Shown here: one piece after another, positions 20,657 through 32,100 of the stretch | How positions within the stretch are numbered: the stretch's first letter is position 1 | Layout of the letters: each line of letters begins with the position of its first letter | IMG/VR virus record: IMGVR_UViG_3300030104_004723 | Coordinates: 1-52,768 of that record | Length of the DNA stretch: 52,768 bases | Origin: a virus | Lineage: Duplodnaviria; Caudoviricetes | Direction: 5' to 3' (one strand) | Notes under the pieces: model-generated | Seen by the model: only the letters and a program-made list of their open reading frames with translations | Databases searched by the model: none | Told to the model about the DNA's origin: nothing | Translations under genes and position numbers: made by a program

Positions 20657-22375
20657 ATGGCATTTGGCATACAAGGAAGGCAACAAAGAGTAGGCAGTCC
20701 AGGAGTTAGCGAAACTCCTAAACCAACTCCAGAAACGCCTCAACCAACAGCTATCGATTATCTTTCAACTGGAGTCGGAGCAGCTAAAACTGCAGATGAC
20801 GTTATAACTAGAGTTAAATCTAGCAGGATACAAGATTTAAAAAATAGAAATTTATTTGGAGATACTCTTCATCCAGACTTAATGGTAGATGCTGGAGGCG
20901 GAGAAGCTGCGTCTATTTTTTCTACAACTCCTAGTAAAGGATATTTTGGCGATATGTCAAAACAAGGAGTAGGAGATGTCAATAGTTTATTGCAATTAAA
21001 TGATAGTTATATTCTATCAGAAAATGCATCTTATGATGATTTAAGTAAAAGATTAAACAAAGTTGGAACTTTGACTCCTACTGAAAAATCTGCTATATTA
21101 GACCAATATCATTGGAAAACAGAAGGTCCTAAATTAACAGAAGCTTTAGGAGACGAACTTTACAATCTTGAACAAGAATTTCGAGATGGTCCATTAGACA
21201 TAGAAAATAATTTATTTGATGATACTATTTTAAGAGGACCAGAAAGTGCTGGCATTCCTGACGCTCAAGCTATTGGTGATGTAAATACACATATATATAA
21301 AAGCCTTCAAGATAAAGGTATTATTACTGAGGGAATGGATTTTAATGAGTCTATGGAGTTAGTTAAACAACACAGACCTCATATGTTTCCTCCAAACCAA
21401 TTTACTGAAATGGTAGACAATCAACCTATATTAATGCCAAAACAAAATATTGGAAGCCCTATGCCTTATGATTTAGATAAGGGAATGAAAGATATAGTAA
21501 GAGATTCAGGTCCTGCATTTCATGCAGATTATAGTATGAGCGGAGAGCCTGTATATGAAAGTTCTATAGGTTCTTTAGTTGACAAAATTGACCCTGCAGC
21601 TTATGCTGAGTATAGAAAAAACAATCCTGTGATAGCAGATAGTTCAGGTTTCAATAGACCTGCTTATGCACCGCCTAAAGAAAGATTTGGAAGTAAGTTT
21701 GGGACAGGTGAAGGTTTAATATCTCAAATAGGAAAAGGTGGAAGCAGATGGGGTGGTAAATTTGCTACAGGAGAAGGAGCTATAGCTAGTGGTGTTAAAG
21801 GTAAAGTAACAGATATAAAAAGCACTATACAAGGGGTTAAACAAGGCTTTCAACATTTAGGCAATATAGGTCAAGGAGGATTAAAAGAAATAGGCAAACA
21901 AATAGGTTCTAAGATAGCTTCTAAATTAGGAATTAAAGCAGCTACTGGAGCAGCTACAACAGCAGCTACAGGGGCGGCAACTGCAGCAGCGACTGCAGGA
22001 ACTACAGCGGCTACAACTGCCGCAGCTTCCGCTGGTGCTAGTGCTGCATCAACAGGTGTTATGGCTGCTATGGGACCTGCTGGATGGGCTATGTTAGCAT
22101 TAGGTTTTTTAGGAGATAAGTTGTTTAAAAAACATACTTTTCTTGGTAAGTTATTTAGTGATGAAAGATTAAAGAAAAATATTAAATATGTAGGTAAATC
22201 AAATTCAGGTATTCCTATTGTTGATTTTGAATATAGAGATGAAATGAATATACCAGGAAGATTTAGAGGCGTTTTATCTAAAGATGTTCCACAAGCTAGA
22301 GAAGTTCATCCTTCGTATGGATTTGATGTAGTAGACTATAGTAAAATTGACGTAGAATTTAAAAGAATTAACTAG
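20657..22375 (+). CDS. Ejection/internal virion protein with C-terminal peptidase S74-type chaperone domain
   Basis: Ala/Thr/Gly tract and hydrophobic AAMGPAGWAMLALGFLG, then SDERLKKNI...VDYSKI auto-processing domain. Confidence 0.7.
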   Translation: MAFGIQGRQQRVGSPGVSETPKPTPETPQPTAIDYLSTGVGAAKTADDVITRVKSSRIQDLKNRNLFGDTLHPDLMVDAGGGEAASIFSTTPSKGYFGDMSKQGVGDVNSLLQLNDSYILSENASYDDLSKRLNKVGTLTPTEKSAILDQYHWKTEGPKLTEALGDELYNLEQEFRDGPLDIENNLFDDTILRGPESAGIPDAQAIGDVNTHIYKSLQDKGIITEGMDFNESMELVKQHRPHMFPPNQFTEMVDNQPILMPKQNIGSPMPYDLDKGMKDIVRDSGPAFHADYSMSGEPVYESSIGSLVDKIDPAAYAEYRKNNPVIADSSGFNRPAYAPPKERFGSKFGTGEGLISQIGKGGSRWGGKFATGEGAIASGVKGKVTDIKSTIQGVKQGFQHLGNIGQGGLKEIGKQIGSKIASKLGIKAATGAATTAATGAATAAATAGTTAATTAAASAGASAASTGVMAAMGPAGWAMLALGFLGDKLFKKHTFLGKLFSDERLKKNIKYVGKSNSGIPIVDFEYRDEMNIPGRFRGVLSKDVPQAREVHPSYGFDVVDYSKIDVEFKRIN

Positions 22376-22389
22376 AAAGAGAGTAAATT

Positions 22390-23979
22390 ATGGCATCGCC
22401 AAAAATGAGATTATTAGGAATCGAAGGACAACCAGGCTTACAGGCATGGGGGCTTCACCCAGGACCACAATCAGCTAGACCTGGAGAAAATCCATGGGGG
22501 AGAGGAACATTAGCTGTCCATCCTAATGTAGTTCCAGATGCGATTTTTTCAGAAGTTGGAATGCCAGGAGGTACAGGAGTTGCTGCTATAGGAGGAAGGC
22601 CTATCGTTAATGCAAATATACAGCCATTTAGCTATGATAGAGCTGTAAGTCATGGATTAAGTGGAGGTCATAGTGGATTTATTGGAATAGGTTCTAAGGC
22701 AGGTACTTATAGAGAAGGCATTCAAAAAGAAGCTGACAGGTATAGTGGGCAATTTAGACAACATTGGTATGACCCTTATATTCATGCTGCTATAGACTCA
22801 CCTATAAAAGATGTTCTACAAGCTACAACTGCTCCTGCTGCAAATATACTTCCTCAAAATGTAGTTCAAGGGTATACAGGTCCTAGAGGAAGCTTTGCAC
22901 ATGGCGCAAAAGTTTTAGCTCCTGTTGCTTCTAATGCAGCAGTTGATGTAGGGGGTCTTGCTCAAGATTTAGAATGGGCTGAAAAAGATTATACTCAAAG
23001 TTTAGCAAATTTAGATACTCAAAGAGGATTTACAGCTGATAAAGAAGCTTTTATTGAAACAAGAAGACAAGAATATGATGAGGACATTCAAGATGTAGAA
23101 GCTGAAAAAGGAAGAAGAAGTGCAGATTTTGAAAAATCAAAAATAGCTGCGCATAAAACTAGAATGGAAGCATTAAGAGGTGGGGCTACAGCTAGAAGTG
23201 CTTTATTACTAGGTAATTTAGCTGGATATGAAAAAGCTCAAGCACCTATAGCTAGGTCTGGATTTGCTAGCTCAGGTCCTGCTCAAGCTGCATTTGAAGC
23301 ATCTCAAGCTCCATTGCAAGAAAGATTAAGAGCATCTACAACAGGACAAAGAGATGTTGAAACAAAATTCCAAGATAAAATTGGAGGCTTAGAAGATAGA
23401 TGGTCAGAGCAACAAGTTGGTTTTCAACAAAGAGTACAAGATATTGAAAGAATGAAAGATGATTTAGCAACAGAAGAGCTTGATATTCAACAAGAATATG
23501 CAGCGCATGACCTTGAAGAACAAAAATTAGGTAGAGGATGGAGAGATAGTAAAAGAGGATATATCAAGGGAGTGATGGACCTTTCTAAAGCAGTTGGAGA
23601 AGATATTTCTTCAGTATCTGATTGGATTGGAAGTATCACAGGAGCTCATAAAAAATTCGGAACAGCTTTAGATGAAAGTATGGTTTGGCCAGGCACAGAC
23701 CAAGGTTATCGTTTTAGAATAAGAAATGAACATAAAGCCAATATAGCTGGTCAGCAAACTTTTGGCGCTCCTACAGGCGGATGGTTTAGAGAAACTGGAG
23801 GCTTGCAAGGAGTTACAGCAGGTGAAAAAGATGTTCAAGCTGCTCAAATGTTTGGAGATTATTTAGGAAGATTAACAGAAGCAGATTTTGCTAAAACAGC
23901 ATTAGGTGATGATTGGCAAGATTTAGGAGTTGGTGATATTGATTATGGTGAGCTAGAAGAAGGTGGCGGTAAGCCGTAA
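22390..23979 (+). CDS. Ejection/internal virion protein
   Basis: Helical coiled-coil core with ARSGFASSG motif; position before the giant protein. Confidence 0.55.
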   Translation: MASPKMRLLGIEGQPGLQAWGLHPGPQSARPGENPWGRGTLAVHPNVVPDAIFSEVGMPGGTGVAAIGGRPIVNANIQPFSYDRAVSHGLSGGHSGFIGIGSKAGTYREGIQKEADRYSGQFRQHWYDPYIHAAIDSPIKDVLQATTAPAANILPQNVVQGYTGPRGSFAHGAKVLAPVASNAAVDVGGLAQDLEWAEKDYTQSLANLDTQRGFTADKEAFIETRRQEYDEDIQDVEAEKGRRSADFEKSKIAAHKTRMEALRGGATARSALLLGNLAGYEKAQAPIARSGFASSGPAQAAFEASQAPLQERLRASTTGQRDVETKFQDKIGGLEDRWSEQQVGFQQRVQDIERMKDDLATEELDIQQEYAAHDLEEQKLGRGWRDSKRGYIKGVMDLSKAVGEDISSVSDWIGSITGAHKKFGTALDESMVWPGTDQGYRFRIRNEHKANIAGQQTFGAPTGGWFRETGGLQGVTAGEKDVQAAQMFGDYLGRLTEADFAKTALGDDWQDLGVGDIDYGELEEGGGKP

Positions 23980-26162
23980 TGAGCGTAGATAGTTTAAAAG
24001 CAACGTTAGGTTTATTAGACATAATAAATAAAACATATGCTAGTGTTAATGAGAATAAAAGAATTAATGCTGAATATCAAAATTATGATGCTAAACTTAA
24101 TAGCCTTGCTGGCCGTAAAGCAATAGAACAAGAAAACAAAACTATGGCAGAACTAACAGCTGCTAAAGCTTCTAATGACTTAAAAGTATCTAAAACAAAT
24201 ATTAAAGACAGAGTAGATGATTTAAGGCAATGGAATATTAGTTTAGATAATATAGATACTGGATTAAAGTCTCATTTAAAGACACAAGGCTTTGAAGATT
24301 TTGCCAATTTTAGTATTAATGATTTAGATGAAAATCTTACATTTGATTATCAAATAGCTAATGATTCAAAAACAACTTATGAAAATATGACTAATGCAGC
24401 AAACGCTAACGCTCAAGTTATTTCAGCTCTCGATGGTATGATGATGCAAGTTGAAGGTTTAAAAAGTGAAGTAGCTAATGTAGGATTTAATGCTGGTATT
24501 CAAGAAATACAAGATTATGCAGATTTTGAAACATATGTAAATAGCCCTGATAATGCAGCTTTATTTAAACTACCAAAATTAGACGCTAATGGTAATCCAC
24601 TATATATAACTCATGATGATGGTAGTACTTCTATAGATTATAGTGAAAATAATAACTATTTAGGGGATGCATTCTTAAGAGAACAAACTGAAGTTGATAA
24701 AAATCCTATAGGTTATGTTCCTACTCAAACTGATATTAATGCTGCCATACTACAACGTGGAACTGAAGAAAAGAAACCTGAATTTACACAAGAGCAATTA
24801 GATGATATGTCTTTAATGGAAGTTAATCAAAGCTTAATAGATAATTCATTTAACCTTATAACTTCTGCAGACTTTACTAACCTACCTGATGATATGAAAA
24901 AATCAATGACAGATTTAAGTGGATTAAATATATCAACTAATTATTTATCAAAGGATGCTGGTTATAATAAAGAAGAAATATATAGTAGAGGTAAAGAACT
25001 TTACAATTTAACTGCTAAAAATATAGACACAATATTTTCTTATTTAGCTAATGATATAGACCCTGCAGGTTTTAATGTTAGAGATTGGGTTGGCAGAGGA
25101 GTTGAAAGTAATTATCCAGAAATATATAAAGCTTACGAAATGGGATTATTTGAAGGTAATTATAGACCAGGTGAAAGCGAAGCTCATATGATTGGAGGAT
25201 TTGATAGTGAAGGCAGACAAACTTATCAAGGATATATTGGAGGTAAAGGTCAAGACGGATTGTTTGTATATAAAAACGATTTAGGTAATTGGACTTTTGA
25301 TGAAGATAAATACAGAGCAGTAGCAGGAAAAATAGGGGATGATTCAAGTGAAGAAGTCATTAAATACTTAAGCCAAAATATATTAATGGCTAAAAAATTA
25401 CAAGATGCTTCTCCATTAGATATAGGATATTTGCATTCAATGGATAGTGATGCATTTCAAAAAGCTTTAGAATATGATTTAAAACTTAAAAATGGTGAGA
25501 TAGAACAGTATGAAGCTGATGCTTATTACCAAGGTATAATGAACAATAACAACAATCAAGATGTAGGTGCTATAAATGAATCGTTAAATAATATGAGCAA
25601 TAATAGTAAGCTTGTTGGAAGTGAAAATATAAACATGGAAAATTCAGCTGCTATAGATTATAGCAATGTGTTAGAACCTAAAGATTATTTAACTACAACA
25701 CCAGAAGAAGCATTGTTAGATTCTTTAAACTTTATTCAAAGCCAAATACCTGTACAAAATAATTTATTTACAGAAGAGCATGGAGCTTCTACGAAAGTTA
25801 ATGAAAATTTAACATCAGGGCAAGCTTGGAAGCAAAAATATATGGAAGATAGAAAAAAGCCTGTTGGTAATCAGGAACAGATGAATAGGCAAGCTCAAGA
25901 CCGTTATATACAAGAAAACTATCCAAATATGAAAGCATTTACTAGTGAAGATATATATAAAAAATTAGCTAATGACCCTAGATTTCAAAAATTAGATAGT
26001 TCTAAAAGAGTAGATTTAAGGTCAAATATAATAAGTGATGTTATTGATATGTATGGTAATATGCCAGAAGAAGATATACACAATTTAGATAATCTTGCTA
26101 AAATAGATAATATTATAGAAAAATTTTTGAGTGAATCTGATGCATCTAAGTATAAAAATTAA
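23979..26162 (+). CDS. Ejection/internal virion protein
   Basis: 727 aa acidic helical protein; position in the block. Confidence 0.5.
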   Translation: MSVDSLKATLGLLDIINKTYASVNENKRINAEYQNYDAKLNSLAGRKAIEQENKTMAELTAAKASNDLKVSKTNIKDRVDDLRQWNISLDNIDTGLKSHLKTQGFEDFANFSINDLDENLTFDYQIANDSKTTYENMTNAANANAQVISALDGMMMQVEGLKSEVANVGFNAGIQEIQDYADFETYVNSPDNAALFKLPKLDANGNPLYITHDDGSTSIDYSENNNYLGDAFLREQTEVDKNPIGYVPTQTDINAAILQRGTEEKKPEFTQEQLDDMSLMEVNQSLIDNSFNLITSADFTNLPDDMKKSMTDLSGLNISTNYLSKDAGYNKEEIYSRGKELYNLTAKNIDTIFSYLANDIDPAGFNVRDWVGRGVESNYPEIYKAYEMGLFEGNYRPGESEAHMIGGFDSEGRQTYQGYIGGKGQDGLFVYKNDLGNWTFDEDKYRAVAGKIGDDSSEEVIKYLSQNILMAKKLQDASPLDIGYLHSMDSDAFQKALEYDLKLKNGEIEQYEADAYYQGIMNNNNNQDVGAINESLNNMSNNSKLVGSENINMENSAAIDYSNVLEPKDYLTTTPEEALLDSLNFIQSQIPVQNNLFTEEHGASTKVNENLTSGQAWKQKYMEDRKKPVGNQEQMNRQAQDRYIQENYPNMKAFTSEDIYKKLANDPRFQKLDSSKRVDLRSNIISDVIDMYGNMPEEDIHNLDNLAKIDNIIEKFLSESDASKYKN

Positions 26163-26180
26163 TTTATAAGGGTATAGTAT

Positions 26181-29100
26181 ATGGCTGATAATTTTATTGG
26201 CTACACTTACAAAGAGTTAGCCGAGCTTTTAAGAAAAGCAAATCCAGGGATGTACAACAATACAGAAGACGTAGAGTTGGTTAACAGCTTTAAAGAATCA
26301 CAACCTAATATGTTTGATTCTGTTGGTGGTTGGGATAAAGCTATTAACGAACCTGGTATATTCCCAAGAATGGGGTATAGGCTGAAAAATACATGGGACA
26401 ATCTTTCACTTTTTGGATTACCTGCAGTAAAAGAAACCGTTCTTAATGCAGTAAATGTTAAACCTGACGAAGAAACAGATAAATTAATTAACACTCCAGG
26501 AAGTATTTTTTCCCCAAAAGATGTTGACCCTAATCAATTTAGACATCTTAACTCAGAAGCATGGCAAAACTTAGGTCAAGAACATTATGTTCCTTCTAGC
26601 ATTCCTTACAGAGATGAAAATTTATCTGTAAAATATAAAACAAATGGCCCTCATTTTAGTATGCATAGTAATGAATTTAATACTTATGGATTAGATAATG
26701 TTGCATTAAACAATTACTGGGCAAATAAAGAAAATAATTACAACATGTCAGATGCATTAAATGGGCTAGAACAACAAAAAAATACAATAAGAAAAATGAA
26801 TGTTAATCCTGAAAGTCCTCAATTTAAATTATGGGCATCATCTGCTATGGCTTTAGAAGATATACATAAACAAACTGAATCTATAGATGAGCAAGGAAGA
26901 TATATTTCTAATGGATTAGGAGAACCTTTATTAGTTGAAGGTATGATAGAAACTAATGAAAGAAACTTTGCTAATTTAGTTTTAGGGCCTGATGCAAGTG
27001 TAGATGAAAAAGAAAATTATATTAATTCTTTATCTTATCATAGATGGTCTAATAAAAACAAAAAAGGAAGAAAAGACATTATAGATGAAGATGGTTTTGG
27101 ATTTGATAAAGCTTTAGAAGAGTTTGATAAAAAACTAGAAGATGATATGGCTTATAAAGCTTGGTATCAATATACTCAATCAAGTGGTAGTGTTTGGGAT
27201 AGAATGGAACACAACGGAATTAAAGAATTAGCCCCATCTTTTGTTGATGCTTTAAGCAGTATGCTTCCTGGTATTGCAACTGCAATAACTTTAGGAGGAA
27301 CAAATTTACTTGCTAGAAGAGCTGGATTGCCTGGAATTCCTTTACCTGTTATAACTGAAGCTACTATGCAAATGTTAACATTACAAGACCATATTGGGTC
27401 TTCTAAAGAAGCAATACAACATTTAACTAAATCAAGCGTAATAACTCCAAATCAATATGAAAAAGAAATAGCTGAATATGAAAAAGAATTAAGAGATAAA
27501 AAGATAACAGGTATTGCATTAAACAATATATTAAGTGAATGGAAAAACAGAACCTATTCTCAAGATGAAAATGGCAATATTCTCAAACAAGGTATTAGTA
27601 CTGAAGATGCATTATATACTACATATGCAAGTAGAGTTGGTTCAAGTATTTTTACATATGCAGTAGAAAAAAAATTAGGGTTTGGAAGACTTATGAAGCA
27701 GTATGGAAATCCTGGTAGAAAATATGTAGGTAAAACTTTTGGAGAGAATTTCCAGAATAATCTTAAAGATAGAATTCAAAAAATACCTGGAGCTAATAAT
27801 ATATTTAAGTCTAGCTCTGCTCATATATCAGTATTTAAACCTATTTTAAAAAATACAGCTGAACAATCTCTTGAAGAAGGTGTTCAAACTGTAGGACAAA
27901 CATGGTTTCAATCTTCTAGTTCACCTTTAGGATATAAAGAAGAAAGCTATACTGACTTAATTGATTGGAATGAAATATCTGAAGCTATGTTAGGAGGTGC
28001 TTTATTAGGAGGTGGATTAAGTACTGTTGGAAGTACTTTTAGTAATACAGAACTATCAGAAAGATTTGCTAACTGGAAAGTAAGTAAAATGCCTTATGAT
28101 TTCTTTCAAAATACTGTTCAAAAATTAGACAATGGTAATTATGGTATTTTTATTAAAAGCCCTACGTTTAAAACGGATGAGGGTGGAGCTGTAATATATG
28201 ATGATGATGGAAAAATTCAAATTGAAGGTGAAGACTCTAAACAAATACCTGGTGAAGATATGGAGTTTTCAACTTTTAGAGAAGCCTTTGCTGTTGCTGA
28301 AGCTCAAAACAATGACGTTAAAAGACAGTTTGGAAAGCTTGCTGCAAAAGAAGGCTTGTATAACGATTGGGCTAATGCTAAAACTAAAATTAAAAAGATA
28401 AGTGAAGATAGTTGGACTGTTGATGTGCTGTCAGAAACAGGAAATGTTTTAAAAACTGTAACTTTTAATAATAAAAATCAAGCTCAAAATTTTAAATCAA
28501 AACAAGAAAGCTTTATCGCAGATGTTGAGCTAGATATTGAAGAAGCTGAAACTACAAAAAAAGATAATGAAATTGTTGTTAACAATATCGTAACTGAAGA
28601 TGACCAAGGTAATGTTATTTCAGTAAATGATGACTTGTTATTTTTAGCTGGAAACTTTGGAGGAAGGCTTACAGGTAAAGCAAGAGATGCATGGGAAGAA
28701 TATCTGTCTGTGAATGAAGTTCAAAACGAAAAGGATGTATCTAATCCTGACAAGGTTCTTGATATAATTAAAAGACATGGTTGGGATGCTTTAAATGCAT
28801 TAAAGATGGATAAGCCTACGTTCATGGAGAACTTAACAGATTGGGAATATGATGAGCTTTTTCCAGAAGCTTACAATGAAATAGATAATATACTTACTGT
28901 CCCTACTGAACAAGAAACAACTTTAGATGAAGATACAGAAGTAAGAGATGATGACAGCGCTGGAATAGGAAGAGAAGATAGAGACATTATTGATTTAGAA
29001 GATGATGTAGTAGCTATTGATGATGATATCGAAATTACCCCTGAAGAAGAAAGCAAATATGACTTAGAAGTAGATGAAAGCTTTTCTGATTTAACTGATG

Positions 29101-32100
29101 AAGACTTAAGAGAAGAGTATCTAAAATCTAAAGTAAAAGGAGATGTTGAATCTGCATTAAAAACTACTAATCTTAGAACAGAATTAAAAGCTAGAGGATT
29201 GTCTGTTCCTAGAGTTACTAAAAAGGTAAAAGAAAGATTAGAAACTGAAGCTGTTGATACAAGAAGGCCAGAAGAAGTTTTTGATGCATTTGAAACTGAT
29301 GAACAAAAAGCAGGGAAAAAATTTGCTCAAGAATTTTTAAACAATAACAAAGGCAGTGCATTAGGTTTAATGCAAGATTTAGATTCAAAATTAACTAATG
29401 AATTAAAAAGAGATAAAATTTCTAAAGAATTTTTTGATGCTGCTAAAAAAGAAATGAAAAGACTTGCTGAAAAAGAAAAGCAAGATGAGAAAGCTGGATT
29501 GAAATTACGCATTAAGGTTAATGCAAGTAAACAAGAAGAATTATTTGAAAAAGAACCAACTGGATATGAAAATCTTAAAGATGACGAACTAATTGCTAAG
29601 TTAAAAGAATTTAGAAAAAAAGTTGATGTTACATCTGCGGTAGAATCTACTCAAGTTTTAATAGAATTAAAAAGAAGGGGCATACCTGTTCCTAAAAAAG
29701 ATGCTAAGCAAATAATAGATGAACAAGCACAAAGAGATAGGGAAGATGTCTTAGATTCAAAAGAAAGAAAAAGAGAAGAAAGAGAAAAGTTTGTAGATGA
29801 TACTGTTGATTTCTTAAAAGAAAAGTTTATAGGACCTGATGGAAAGCCTTTATTTAATATCGTTAAATTAAATGAGACTGAACAAGACTTACCTGAAAAT
29901 AAATGGAAAGGAAGATGGGAAGAAGAAACTAATACTATGTATCTTAACCCTAAGTATTTTGATAGAGATACTGCATTGCATGAATTTGCTCATCCTTTTA
30001 TAAGAGCTATAGCTAACTCAAAAGGTGGGGTTGATATAATAAACAGTATATATGATGAAGTAGTTAAGGCTGATAAAGACGGTGAATTATATGACATAGT
30101 TATGAAAGGTTATGTAGAGACAGGAGATTTTGAAGAAGGTAGTTATGAATTTAAAGAAGAGCTAATAGCATGGGCTTTAGGTAGAGCAGCAAAAAATATT
30201 AAGGTTCAATCTCAAGAAGCACAATCTAAGAATAAACTAATTATTGCACTTAAAAAGTTTTGGAAAGCTTTAAAAGAAATTGTATTTGGAAAAGATGCAC
30301 CTTTATATCATGAGCTATACAACTTTGTTAAAGATGGTGTTACTTTTGATGATATGGTAAGTTTTCTTGCTGATTCTCCTGACAAAATATCTATTCAAGA
30401 CTTAAGTGTATTGTCTCTTGAAAAAGCAAATTCTCGTAAAGGTTTTGAGTTAATTGAATCAAATCCTATAGAAGATAATGTAGCAAGAGATTTTAATCAA
30501 AATTATCTATTACCAGCTGTGCAAAATGAAGTTTTACCTGCTGTTATTTCTATCTCAAAGACTACTAATAAATCTAAAAGAAAATTAAAAATAAGCAAAT
30601 TTCGTAGTTCAGTAATAGAAAATTTACGTAAAAAATTTAATATCCCTAAAAATTTAAATCTTGATGAATATGAAAAAGAATCTGTAGCAAGAACTTATTC
30701 ATTTGATGGTGCACAAGGTGAATCAAATGCTTTAGGTATTTCTAAAGCAATAACTAATTGGGTTACTGATTTGCAAGTTGAGCCTCTTACTGATTTTAAT
30801 ATTATTACAGACATGGAACTTGCAAGTATGTCAAAAGAATTAGCTGAAGAAATTAATAAAATAGGTATGTATGTTTTAAATCAAGTTAGATTTAAATATC
30901 AATTTGTAAATATTTTAGGTAGTGTAGAAAATTGGAGCAAAGAATCTATAAATAAAAAATTAAATGCTAAAAAAACAATGCTACCTGCAGCAGAAAAAAG
31001 AGCCATAAAACAATGGATGAAACAAAATATAGATTTAAAAGATAACAATATTGTGCTTGCTCAAAGCTTAATAGAGAGCTATAAAGCTTTTGTAAATAAA
31101 AAATACCCTATATACACAGGTATACAAATAAAACAAGATAGTCCTAATGATTATATACATATAGATAGTTCTTTAAGAGGAGACCTTGACACAAGAGCCA
31201 TATCAGCTTCAGCTGAAGAAGATGTGTTGATGGACCCAGAATTTGCTCCGTATGTTGGAGTTCCTTCAGAAAGAATTATGTTCTTTACATCTCCACATAG
31301 CACAGTTCAAACTCATAGGCCTCATTATGCTGATTTTCCAGGAACTGATAAATCTGTAGGAGCAACTGGCTGGTATAGAGTATCTTCTGTTCCAGGATAT
31401 GATGATATATTTGCATCTATGGAATACCAAAGCGACTATTTTAAAAATATCTACAGAAATCACGGAGATGTAATTAGCTTTATAAAAGACCCTGAAAAAT
31501 TTATAGAATCTAAAATGATAAAACTAGAAGATACAAATCAATATATTTATAGCAGAATGGCTTTTAATGAAATGTTTTCAAATGTATGGAATGGTGTTTA
31601 TAATAATATATATAAAGATAAAGAATCAGATATGTTACTTAACCTTCCAGATAATATGAAGAAATTTAAAGTTAAATATAAAGGTAAATTTCTTAAAATG
31701 TTGTATGATAATGTTTATAAAACTAATACTGATTATAATGAATTTTTAAAAATGGTTAATAAAGAGACTCAAGATGTTCTTTTGCATAGTTTATTTAGTG
31801 AAGACATTTCTAGAGCTTTTTCAGTAGAATTTATAAAGCTTATTGAAAAAGGAAAGTCTGTAGAATCTGCTTGGAATATTATTTCTAATATAATTGAAAA
31901 TGAAATGATTGAAAGTGTAGAGACAACACATACTCTTGTAGAGAATGACAAATCTCTTATAAAAACATATTTTACAAATGCACTTAGCCCAGATATAGAC
32001 AATCCTATGCTTACCAGTAAAGAAGAACGTCAAGCACTATTTAATGAAGGTATAAAAACTGCTGATTATTTAATAAAACTTTTTGAAACTGGAGTTATAA

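Noticed and set aside
21939-22060. GCA/GCT/ACA-rich quasi-tandem repeat
   Set aside because: Explained by the Ala/Thr low-complexity protein tract; third codon positions vary
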